A model generated the notes under the pieces. The model ran no database searches. It saw only the letters and a program-made list of their open reading frames with translations, and was not told the origin of the DNA. This document shows positions 1 through 10,837 of a stretch of 64,000 bases of DNA, piece after piece. The position numbers and the translations under genes are program-made. Position 1 is the stretch's first letter. Each line of letters starts with the position of its first letter. The DNA is from Octopus sinensis (lineage: Eukaryota): positions 24,676,001 through 24,740,000 of the forward strand of contig NC_043006.1 in NCBI RefSeq assembly GCF_006345805.1, read 5' to 3'.

Positions 1-609
1 ACTACCTCATGGAAAAGCTGATTAACTATACAGGTGACTATGTTATATCCTACTCCGTCAGATAAAAGCACCCATGCCAGTGACATGTAACAGGCACCTG
101 TGCCGGTCACATGTAAAAGACACCTGTGCTGGTGAGATGTAATAGATGTTCTAGAGGAGTAAATGTCAAAACAAGAAAAATTGGAAAAATCAAGCAAAAA
201 TATAAAATCAAAGATCTTATAACTCTTCCTGTGGCTAAGAAACTGTTGAAACTATACACAGCTACAGGTTAGAAGGCATGATAAAAGAAGCAAATTCTAT
301 CGTCAAAACAAAATATTCAAAACCAATGCTAAGAAGTTTTATAAGGAAATTGGCAAAAATAGATATGGGTAAAAGAACGATCCAAAATTGAGGCGGTGGA
401 AGAGTTTTGGAAGAAGATATGAAGCAATGGATAAGAGTTTAATGCTGAAGTCAACTGGATAGAATGTGAACAAATACTTGCCTGGCTAACAGAAGGATCG
501 ATCTACTTACTACCAAAAATTCATGATAGAAAACCCGCAGAATTAATGTCTTAATACTACTTACAATATACAAATGATACATACATCTTTTCTAAACAAT
601 CGTAATGGA

Positions 610-878
610 GTTCTATATTCAAGAGATGAGGAATTATGTATATTATTTACATTTGGCGGATATTTGTCCTCATCTTGTTTGTTGTCAACACAATGTTTCG
701 GCTGATATACTCTCCAGCCTTCATCAGGTGTCATGGGGAAATTTTGAACCTGGGTTCTCATTTTTGAGGTATTTTTCGATGTTGTTGTTATTATTATTAG
801 TATTATTTTTCAGGTAACTGCCTGGAATCGAACTTGGAATCTTGGTGTTAGTAGCCCATGCTGTTAACCACTACGTCA
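610..878 (-). mobile_element. tRNA-headed SINE-like element with hammerhead motif, copy A
   Basis: A/B-box tRNA-like head, (AAT/AAC)n linker, HHR-like core at 687-732; homologous to 879-1897 and 13707-13940. Confidence 0.8.
687..732 (-). ncRNA. Hammerhead motif copy A (G16.2 to A, probably inactive)
   Basis: GACAC-CUGAUGA-A-GGCUG...CAGCC-GAAAC-AUU-GUGUU. Confidence 0.6.
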
Positions 879-965
879 CAGGCATATGGCATAGTGGTTA
901 AGAGTGCGAGCTACTAACCCCAAGATTCCGAGTTCGATTCCAGGCAGTGACCTGAGTAATAATAA

Positions 966-1715
966 TCATCATCATCATCATCATCATCGTTTAACGTCCG
1001 TTCTCCATGCTAGCATGGGTTGGACAGTTCGACCGGGGATCTGGGAAGCCAGAAGGCTGCACCAGGCTCCAGTCTTATCTGGCAATGTTTCTACAGCTGG
1101 ATGCCCTTCCTAACGCCAACCACTCTGTGAGTGTAGTGGGTGCTTTTTACGTGCCACCTGCACAGGTGCCAGGCGAGGCTGGCAACGGCCACGGTCGGAT
1201 TGGTGTATTTTATGTGCCACCGGCACGGAAGCCACTGGAGGCGGCGCTGGCATCGGCCACGAGTCGGATAGTGCTTTTTACGTACCACCAGACCAGGGAT
1301 CCTGGCTGGTTCAATTCGATTTCGATTGCCCCAACATGTCTTCGCAAGCAAAGGGGGTTGGCATGGGTGCCTGTCGTACGGTTGGATTGGTGTATTTTAC
1401 GTGCCACCGGCACGGAAGCCAGTGGAGGCGGCGCTGGCATCGGCCACGAGTCGGATAGTGCTTTTTACGTACCACCAGAACAGGGATCCTGGCTGGTTCA
1501 GTTCGATTTCGATTTCGCTTGCCCCAACATGTCTTCGCAAGCAAAAGGGGTTGGCATGGGTGCCTGTCGTTGGATGAGGTTGTATATCGACTTCGCTTGC
1601 CTCAACAGGTCTTTGTGTCCAAGGGAGGAAAGGCATTCATAAGTGGGCTGGGCTCACTTGTCCTGCCTGGTCTTCTCACGTACAGCATATTTCCAAAGGT
1701 CTCGGTCGCTGGTCG
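966..1715 (-). mobile_element. 5'-truncated RTE LINE (ORF end + 3'UTR + (GAT)n tail)
   Basis: Ends ..SDRDLWKYAVREKTRQDK*; 3'UTR homologous to 24915-25902; (CAT)n on plus strand. Confidence 0.85.
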
Positions 1716-1804
1716 TCGTCGTCAACAACAACAACAACAACAGCAACAACAACAACATCGAAAAATACCTTAGGAATGAGAACCCAGGTTCAAAATTTCC
1801 CCAA

Positions 1805-1850
1805 GACACCTGATGAAGGCTGGAGGGTATATCAGCCGAAACATTGGGTT
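1805..1850 (+). ncRNA. Hammerhead motif copy B (degenerate)
   Basis: GACAC-CUGAUGA-A-GGCUG...CAGCC-GAAAC-AUU-GGGUU. Confidence 0.55.
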
Positions 1851-2376
1851 AACAATAAACAAGATGAGGACAGATATCTGTTAAATGTAAATAATGTACA
1901 ATCGTAATGGAATAAGTATTAACATCATGTAAGGCATCTTTCAAGATGACTCGCTCTCCCCATCACTTACCAAGGGGGGTGAGGGCTGCTAAGAACTGTC
2001 AAAGAGTTTAGCAATGACATTAGTATGGATTTAAATACCAAGTTTTATTAAATCAAATCAACCAAAATCGGAGTTTTATTAAATTAACCCAACTACTTTA
2101 CCAAAATGTGCTAATGACAGAAATAACTTTTGTTCTCATTTAAATATTTGTTTTCTTATGTTGCAATGGTTTTTTTTTTTAATGGCTTGGTGAGAAAGCG
2201 GGCAGAACCTTTGACTTTTGTTAGAACTTTTATGACTGGTCGGAGGAAGTGAGGAAATTATCTTTACATCAGTAACTTAGACCAAATGCTTGCAACCGAA
2301 AGCATACAGCTAAAGGGACACAGGACCAGGCAATGAATCAAGAGAAATTCGTCATTTATTCAATACAACCACATAC

Positions 2377-2463
2377 CTTGTCAACAGCTTTTGGCTTCAG
2401 AGGTCTTGCATGGACTGGTATATTTAAAAGAAAGGGTGATTTTTTACCAGAATCTGGCAGGAT
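2377..2463 (-). CDS. GALNT11: GALNT11-like coding exon 9 (linker before ricin-lectin domain); gene continues left of window
   Basis: cctaatag|ILPDSGKKSPFLLNIPVHARPLKPKAVDK|gtatgt; phase 0/0, open, Pro/Lys-rich like the GALNT11 linker. Confidence 0.7.
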
Positions 2464-2539
2464 CTATTAGGAAAAATGACAAACAGGATAAATATATAAA
2501 TACCTCAATCAAACAGTAACTTAGAGTAAGAAACAATTG

Positions 2540-2980
2540 CAACTCAGTATGTAATAATATATTTGATCAACATCAATGGAAATTGTAGCTGTGATACCAG
2601 TGCCGGTGGCACATAAGAGAACCATCCGAACATGGCCGTTGTCAGCGCCGCCCTGACTGGCCTCCGTGCCGGTGGCATTTAAAAGGCACCATCCGATCGT
2701 GGCCGTTGCCAGCCTTGCCTGGCCTCCGTGCCAGTGGCACGTAAAAAGCACCATCTGATCGTGGCCGTTTGCCAGCCTTGTCTGGCACGTAAAAAGCACC
2801 CACTACACTCATGGAGTGGTTGGCGTTAGGAAGGGGGGCATCCAGCCATAGAAACATTGCCAGATCAGACTGGGCCTTGGTGCAAACTTCTGGCTTCCCA
2901 GACCCCAGTTGAACCGTCCAACCCATGCCAGCATGGAAAGCGGATGCTAAATGATGGTGATGATGATGATGTTGATGATT
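2540..2980 (+). mobile_element. RTE LINE 3'UTR fragment
   Basis: ttaggaagggggcatccagcc...ccatgccagcatgg, then (GAT)n tail. Confidence 0.8.
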
Positions 2981-3214
2981 CAAATATAGTTGATGTTTAT
3001 CCCAAGTTAAGCCTGATCAAAAGTATTCAAATATGACCATCTTGTCTCTTTTTTTTCTTTTTCAGAAATAGTGTATCCTGTACTACATTATCCAAAAGTT
3101 TCCATTTTTGAGTTAGTAGAACAAGGCTTTAGAGAAATTTAGCTGCTATTTCTAGCAGGCGAAGTAACTACATAGAGGATCCTTTACTAATTTCTTTCAA
3201 ATAATATTATTAAT

Positions 3215-3432
3215 TGTAAAGTATAGAAGCCATCTTATCATGGCTAACCACATTGGGGAGGGGGTGTTACTGTAGCTTTATAGCCCCAAGAGATCTTTGT
3301 CTCTAGCTGGCTAGGACACAGATATTGTGTCTAAAGCCAGCTAGAGACGAAGATCTCTTGGGGCTATAAAGCTACAGTAACACCCCCTCCCCAATGTGGT
3401 TAGCCATGATAAGATGGCTTCTATACTTTACA
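3215..3432. repeat. Near-perfect 218-bp palindrome (foldback/MITE-like)
   Basis: 3215-3320 is the reverse complement of 3326-3432, with 1 mismatch over about 98 bp and a 5-nt loop. Confidence 0.95.
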
Positions 3433-4384
3433 TTATCGAGCGATTACTGTTTCAATCTCATTCTGAGATTTAATTATGCTTAATATTATTATTGTTTAAC
3501 CTAAAGTTAGCCCTGATCAAGCAAACCTATAATTAGGAATTTCAGCCTTGACCGAATTGCATTTAGTTTTAGAGATTGTAGGCAGTAAAATGCAATAAAA
3601 ATCTTGAAAGTCATTATATATATTTTGAGTCAGTTCTTTGATATTAATGCTCTCCAAGTTGAGTTGGAGGACTACATCTTGCTTGTATGTTTCAATTTTG
3701 GTTTCTGTAGCTGAATGCCTTCTGTAACCATTGTGTAGAGAGCAGTGGATAAATTTTATAGTGGTGCCAATAGTAGAAGTCGTCATACCCTTGGCAAAAC
3801 TAAAGACCCCGTGATAACTGTTCAATTTAGTGAGAGGAAGAGAGAATGAAAAGAAGAAAGAGTGGTGATGGACCAGGTTGAGTGGGTGAGTAGAGTGAGC
3901 ACATGATGGGAAGAAACAGAATGTTTGGGATGTGATGGTGGTAGAGGGGCAGTAACGGAAGAGCAACATGCTTGCCATTCTGAGAGAGATGAAATGATGC
4001 AGGGTAATAGAAAAGAGTGATACATCATAGCAATAGAGAATGATGGATGTCAACAACAAATGGTTTGAGAGTGGGGGTCATGGCTTGTAGTACAGAAAGG
4101 GTGATGGTGGGGGTATATCAGATACGAACAAACTCAATGCTATCTCATTATTTAGGCATCCTATAGGAAAGACAGTTAGAATGTATTGAATGATGGTTAA
4201 GCACAGAAAGGTCCAATATTATCCTTTGCAGCATGGTGCAGCGAATAGAAGAAAGTGTGCTTGCCAAACAGATCTAATACCTGTGTAACTGGGGCAGTTA
4301 CACAGGTGGTATAGTAAAAGAATAAACCAAACTGACTAATACCACCTGTGTAACTACCCCAGCATAGTAAAAGAATAAATCAAA

Positions 4385-4675
4385 TTGGTTCGAGGAGCAC
4401 AACTATTCAACTCCATTCCGGTACATGTCAGAAATCTATCAGGATGCAGTGTGGAATCATTCAAATTGCAGCTGGATAGATACTTAAGCACCATTAGAGA
4501 TGAACCCCATCTCCCAGGATATACACAACGAGCACAAACTGACTCAAACTCGCTCCTACACATGTCAAAATTAAACAGAAAATACAACCTGGCAATCACA
4601 CCAGACTCTGAGGGTGGAGTCTTCGACTTGGCCTGAGCATGGACTCAAACTCAAATGAAATGAAATGAAATGACT
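4385..4675 (+). mobile_element. CR1/L2-like LINE 3' end
   Basis: RGAQLFNSIPVHVRNLSGCSVESFKLQLDRYLSTIRDEP...SNSLLH; (TGAAA)n tail. Confidence 0.7.
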
Positions 4676-4807
4676 ACCTTTTTGCCTACCCCAGATAAGA
4701 CTATTACTAACTATTAGCAGATAATGTATCATACTATGAATTACTATTAAATAACAGTTATTGTGTTGGCACAAGAATTCAGTGCTAAAAGGTACAAAAA
4801 CACTTAC

Positions 4808-4942
4808 CTGTTCTGGATAGACATTTTCTAAATACCATTTGAAGGAATGGCACTCTAAAGATTTTCTCAGAGACAGTCTTTCAGAAATGTCTCCATAGTT
4901 TACATTGTTGCGGGCTCCAGGATTAGTCTTGAAGAAGAATTT
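4808..4942 (-). CDS. GALNT11: GALNT11-like coding exon 8
   Basis: aaag|[45 protein letters not shown]|gtaagt; the AAG acceptor is slightly uncertain. Confidence 0.9.
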
Positions 4943-5093
4943 CTTTTGGAAATAATATAATAAAAACATTAATAACAAGAATAACACTAATTGAAGCTTT
5001 CCAAACATTTAACTTCATCCTTTGTGTTTCACTTTCCATGTTTCAATTGCTTTTATCTCTAACCATTGTCAAGTTCCCATTTCTAAATATGTA

Positions 5094-6369
5094 CAGGGTG
5101 GGCCAGAATTCATGACTCACTTATTAGTTATATTTTTTAATATGCTTATTTTATTGTTATTGTAATATTTTATTTCTTAATCTAACAGATTTAAAAATTT
5201 TTTTTCAGAATTTGATTAACCCTCATGGCACATCCTTTGCTAAGCTTGGAGAAATATGTTCAATGTGTGAGATTATATGCTAAAATGGACATCACTGAAG
5301 TCTGCAGAGTAATGGAAGCAGCTTATGGGCCACCGGCACCTACGAGAAAGACTGTTGCTAGGATTAATAAGTTATTTGATGAAACAGGTAGTATTGTGGA
5401 CCCCAAAAGACCAGGATGACCAAGATCTGTTTGAACAAATGAACATAAAGAATGCTTGAGAACCGAGTTAGACAATTCTTCACAAAAATCCAAGTCATCA
5501 AAGATCTTTATCAGATCTTCTGAACATTTCAAGGACTTCTTTAAGATGCTTGCTCCATATGAAACTGTATCCTTATACCCCTTGTTTGATTCATGGATTA
5601 GTGGAAGATGATCCAGAGCATCACTTGCAGTTTGCAGAAGAATGGCTGGACAAGTTGAATGATGACCCAACATTGGAAGAACATGCCTGGACTGATGAGT
5701 CAAAATTTTATATTTCAGGGAGTGTTGTTCAGCATAACTGTATGTACTGGAGACAAGAAAGTCTTCAAATTATGATTGAGTATGACCACATAATGGTGTG
5801 GGCAGGTGTGAGTAACAACGGACTCATGGGGCCATTCTTTATTGAAGGTGGCATAAATGGGGTCACATATCTGAAACTTTTACAAAACCAAGTTCTCCCT
5901 AAGTTAAAGGAACAAGAAGACTTTGTAGAATTATGGTGGCAGCAGGATGTTACTCCCCCACGTTATTCACTGGCTGTCTGTGACTGGCTGAACAAAATTG
6001 ATTGTTGGATTGGAAGGTGAGGGCCTGTGCAGTGGTCGCTTCACTCACCTGATTTAACACCACCAGACTTTTATTGTGGGGTTATCCAAAAGACCGTGTC
6101 TATTGTCAGAAGATTAACAGTCTTGAACATCTTAAACAAGTTATTATCCAAGAATGTGAAACAATCCCAGTAGACATGTGTTGTAAAGCATGTCAAAACG
6201 TTTCAATAAAGATATAAGCCTGTCTTGCAGCAGAAGGAAGCCCAGTTGATCATGAAATGGATACCTGATTTAACTAAACAGTGCATTCATTAACTTTGTA
6301 CATTTGTGTGCTTACATGCATATCAATAAATATAACTAACAAGTGAGTCATGAATTCTGACCCACCTTG
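5094..6369 (+). mobile_element. Tc1/mariner superfamily DNA transposon (rosa/DD41D-like), decayed transposase
   Basis: About 37-bp TIRs cagggtgggccagaattcatgactcactt.., TA TSD; WTDESKF, WQQD, SPDLTPPDF motifs with stops and frameshifts. Confidence 0.88.
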
Positions 6370-6659
6370 TACATTGTCTTAGGCCTCATCTGAAGGTTCT
6401 AGGTTTAAATTCAGCCCATACCTTATGCTTATTCAGGAATAAGATGTATGACAACACACAAAATTGAAGCAATGAAATTGTTGTAAAAACAGAAACACAC
6501 ACACACACACACACAATATGAAATTAACAATTTAGCATATTTTACTAACTCCACTCAAAAGTTTAAAACTAAAAATAATAATTTCTAATTTAGGTACTAG
6601 GCCAGTCATTCTGAAGTGATGGAGTTAGTCGATACCATCAACTCTAGTACTCTCGCTTA

Positions 6660-7040
6660 CCAACTACACGGTTCCGGGTTCAGTCCCACTGTGTGGTACC
6701 TTGGGCAAGTGTCTTCTACTTTAGCCTCGGGCTGACCAAGGCCTTGAGTGGATTTGGTAGATGGAGGCCAAAGGAGGCTCATCATATATATGCATATATA
6801 TATATATATATGTATGTGTATGTATATGTTTGTGTGTCTGTGTTTGTCCCCCCAACATCGCTTGACAACCGATGCTGGTGTGTTTATGTCCCCATAACCT
6901 AGCGGTTCGGCAAAAGAGACCGATAGAATATGTGCTAGGCTTACAAAGAATAAGTCCTGGGGTCAATTTGCTCAACTAAAGGCGGTGCTCCAGCATGGCC
7001 ACAGTCAAATGACTGAAACAAGTAAAAGAGTAAAGAGAGG
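6660..7040 (+). mobile_element. Bipartite tRNA-derived SINE (head + (TA)n/(TG)n linker + tail); other copies at 14869-15270 +, 29545-29935 -, 59065-59610 -, 61699-62460 +
   Basis: Multiple highly similar copies: ccttgggcaagtgtcttct..gtggatttggtagacgg..(TA)n..gcggtgctccagcatggcc..gactgaaacaagtaaaagag. Confidence 0.85.
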
Positions 7041-7849
7041 GACAATACAAAACTAGGGACATGTGGGGCTTAACACAAAAATCAAGTAAACAATAAAATA
7101 ACAATGGCAATTAACAATACAATTAAATAATTAAAATTCCCCAAAAGGAGGTGGGTATAATAATAGTAGTAGGAGTAGTAGTATTAGCACCAGCACCAGC
7201 AGTAGAAGTAGTAGTAACGATTATAAAAAGTACAGATATAATAGTTGCAGACATGGCTGTGTGATAAGAAGTTTTCTTCCCAACAACAATGTTTTGGGTT
7301 CAGTTCCACTTTGTGAAACCTTGGGTAAGTGTCTTTTGCTATAGCCCCATGCTGACCAAAGCCTTCTGAGTAGATTGCACAGAAATTGAACACTAACTTT
7401 CCAGACACTTATGATCCAGAACTGCTTATAATGTGTACTAGTTTATGAGCAGGAAATTAAAATTTTATGGCTACCAAACTAGTTTATTGGGTTGCCCACA
7501 GATGGCATTGAATATAGCCACACTTGGATTGTTTACACTGCAATTGCTGGTGATTGATACAATTTTGTGAAATTCTTAGCTTATTTTGCTTAAACTTAAT
7601 CCCAGCTCTGACCTCTAAGAGAGATAAGAAGGATTTGTGAGCATCTCAGTCCTGAGAAGGTAGTATAATGCAGATGAAACTGCATTATATTGCCAGTGCA
7701 CACTTCGGAAAACATTAAGAGCTGAAAATGAAGAAACACCCACAGGATCCATAGTCTCATGGTAGGCTTACCATCATAGGGTGCACAAATGCAGCAGGTT
7801 TGCACAGATGTAAACCACAGATGATAGGGAAAACTAAATATGCCAGAGC

Positions 7850-8760
7850 CTTGAAGTGTTAAAAATTTACTCAGCAGCATACTGTGCAAATAAGAATGGT
7901 TGGATTACAAGTGAGGTCGGCAAAGAATGGTTTGAGAAGATTTTTGTGCAAGAAGTCGGAGCAAACTGTACACCTGTAGGTTTACCAGATGACTGCAAAG
8001 TTATTATTCTGGACAACTTTTCAGTCCACCCTAAAACTGAACTCCTGTGTACGAAAAATCTTTATATGGTGTATTTACACACAACTATATGTTATTTGTC
8101 CAACCTTAAGACCAAGGAATACTGTGCTCTCTAATTGCTCAATTTTCAGGAAATCTATGAAAGATGCAGTGAATGCTGGCAAGTCTGTACCAACATTTAT
8201 TAAAAAATTTAACATAAAGGATGTTCTTTGGCTCATTGCTAGAGCATGGAAGAATGTTGAAGCATCTATGCCAAAGAAAAGCTGACATAAGTTGTGGTCT
8301 GGCTAGATGTTTGAAAATGCATGTAATGAAAATATGATTTCACAGGCTTTCATTTATCAAACAAAAAAAAGTTTGGTTTACATGTTGCTTGAGTAAGCAA
8401 AAAATTTCACAGGACCTGTGTTGCCAAGGATAAAGCAAATAATCTTAATAGATACTGACAATGGATGAATACTGACAAAGGAACATCTGTTGTGCAATAT
8501 CTTTCAAACTCAAAAATTATAAAATAGAAAACAATGATGAAAATGAAACAGATGTAATTGAAAAAACTTTACCATGACAAGTCAATTGAAATCATGAATA
8601 AAGTAATCAGGGGGCACAGAACAACATAGCACATTTATGGAACAAGAACTAATGAATTTATATTTGTTGCATATGAAAATTTATACAGGGAAAGATCAAA
8701 CCTTGAAATGTTTAAAACGATAGACAAAAAGAATGTGTACAGTAATTAGTAAATCATAAT
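7850..8760 (+). mobile_element. Decayed pogo/Tigger (DDE_1) transposase fragment
   Basis: NKNGWITSE..WFEKIF, IILDNFSVHP, FNIKDVLWLIARAWKNV. Confidence 0.75.
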
Positions 8761-9092
8761 GATTTCCTAACAAAGAACTGTTGATGCAGAAATATAATAT
8801 GAATTTCCTACATTCTGCTGAGAGCTACTGTAAGGTATCAACCTACTGACTGAAGAGTTTGTATTCAGTTACTAGCATTGTGTTCTGACTATGCTCAAGA
8901 CATTCATGTCTTAACGATCCAGTTAACCAATCTATAATGAGGCAGTTTGTTGCTCTATTTTAGACTCAGGACAAGCAAATCAATGAATGAAGGCATTCTA
9001 GCTGTAATTGTCTTATTTTTTGTTTATATTGGGAACAACATTGTTTGATCAACACTTGTATTCTATTTTCAAGACAGGAGGCTATAGTTTAA

Positions 9093-10107
9093 CCCTTTCG
9101 TTACTATATTTCTGACCAAAATACACCCCTTATGTGTTTCAATTAATTTCTAACGTAATCATAAATTTAGTCTGGTTTCATTAAACAACTATAACTTTTT
9201 TATTTATCAATATATTAACATGAATTTTGGAAGATAATTTAATGAAATGTTCTCAACCAATTCTATACTATAATTTTTGTCACAAAGTGACTCTAATTGC
9301 AGGTAGATACAGGTAAATTCAACAATATATAAAATTATAAAAATTTTGTTCAAACATCGCTATAGAAAATGGGTTATTAGCTAATATTCAATTGGGTATA
9401 CAACAAAATTTTACGATAGAATTTGTTATTCTGGGTAACTTTCTGATACCCATAATAATATTTATGGCAAAATAGGCCTTAATTTCATTTAAGGTTGTGG
9501 GAAATAACAAACTATCCTTTCTTTCGCTTTGTTTACGTTTAGCGTAACAGTTCGTTTCCGCCGTAATGATTTCAAATGGGCTCATTCGAAAAAGTAAAAA
9601 GAAATAGTCTAAGGCTTTACTCTTCTGGGAAAGTCTGTGGCTTGGTCCAGTTTCTTCAGAAAAATCACCGAAAGAAACAGTTTTTAAATTTTCACTCCAT
9701 TCAGGTGCCAATTCATTTTCTTTATCGCTATCGGATTCACTGTTTTCACTTTCAGAAAATGAAACATCAGATTCATTATCAAATACCACATGCTTTTTTT
9801 TCTTCAGTCATAGAGTTAGATTTCAGTAGAAAATCCTTCGAATTCTGACTCGCTGCTTGATATAATGAAATTCGTATCCATTTTTTGTCAGAATTACAAA
9901 TTTTGAAAACACAATAGGAACAAATTTCGGAAAAAAATCTCCCATAATTCACGGAATTAAAATTACACTTCGATTTTTGTACAAAACTGTAGTTGAACTG
10001 TTTATGAAGTATAAATACGTGTTTTCACGAATGTACTAAAGAGATTTACTCTGATATTCTCATTTAAATATGAATAGGTAAATTCGAGCAGTTTGGTAAC
10101 GAAAGGG
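9093..10107 (-). mobile_element. Internally deleted piggyBac element
   Basis: TTAA TSDs (9089-9092, 10108-10111), TIR ccctttcgttac; ORF 9388-9789 is an acidic N-terminus + PGBD-like FEIITAETNCYA..TTLNEIKAYFAINIIMGI. Confidence 0.88.
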
Positions 10108-10454
10108 TTAAGGAAGATTTAATTGCTCTCTGTAGCTTGACTGGCCAAAAATTGTAGTCAAATCTGTAAACTAGCTTCTATGATGAGGTATTGACTTTTA
10201 GTGGAAGTTGTGGAAACATTGTACATTTTACAAACGCTTTACTAAAAATTCCAAAAAAAAAAAAAAAAAAAAAAGAGCAGTTAGTTTTTCATGAAGTGAG
10301 GAAAAATAATTGCTATGTTCTAGAAGAATACAGATCACAACAGCTTTTGAAAACTGTGATAAACTCCATAAAAGTTTGAAATCTTCAGATAACAGCTTTG
10401 TTCAAAAAAGAAAAAAAAATAAACAACAGAATACATCACACATTATCTCTTTAA

Positions 10455-10665
10455 CTCTTTAGCATTTAAACAGGCCAAAAGTATTCTGCCTGTTTTATGT
10501 TCAAACTTGCCAGATCTGGTCTCTTACACCAGTCCTACAATATCGTTTTAAAAATTAACAGCGACCTCATCAAAATCTCATAGCTCCAAGATAATGCCTG
10601 ATTAGTTCAAGGCAATGTGGATAAAAAAGGATTAATTATGGTAGAATAATGCGAACACTGAAGGG
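10455..10665. mobile_element. Small TTAA-flanked piggyBac-like MITE; opposite-orientation copy at 31478-31688
   Basis: TTAA-C(C/T)CTTT...AAGGG-TTAA; two homologous copies. Confidence 0.7.
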
Positions 10666-10684
10666 TTAAACTAGAAATGCTTAC

Positions 10685-10837
10685 AATATAGTCATCCAGC
10701 CAAACATGAGCAACACGTAATGAATTCTTCAGCATGCTGTCTTCTCCTCTTGGAGAAGTATAAGGTCGACGATTTCGGAAAACATGTCCTACTCGGGAAC
10801 ATGGAATTATTTCGAGATGACCACCACACATCCATAT
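10685..10837 (-). CDS. GALNT11: GALNT11-like coding exon 7
   Basis: ctcag|[51 protein letters not shown]|gtaagc. Confidence 0.96.

Larger units (their letters stand above)
879..1897 (+). mobile_element. tRNA-headed SINE-like element with hammerhead motif, copy B (RTE fragment inserted in its microsatellite linker)
   Basis: Head caggcatatggcatagtggttaagag...gagttcgattcc at 879-955; body resumes at about 1722; HHR-like core 1805-1850. Confidence 0.8.
130..2030 (+). mobile_element. Decayed R4/Dong-like non-LTR retrotransposon RT fragments (130-600 and 1912-2030), interrupted by the SINE-HHR composite
   Basis: Translated relics EEFWKKI, WLTEGSIYLLPK, GIFQDDSLSP. Confidence 0.6.

Noticed and set aside
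561-817. Short ORFs 561-761 and 605-817
   Set aside because: Chance translations of the SINE-HHR element.
879-955. tRNA gene (also 13864-13940, 34718-34790)
   Set aside because: A and B boxes are present but there is no closing acceptor stem; each runs into repeat bodies, so they are SINE heads.
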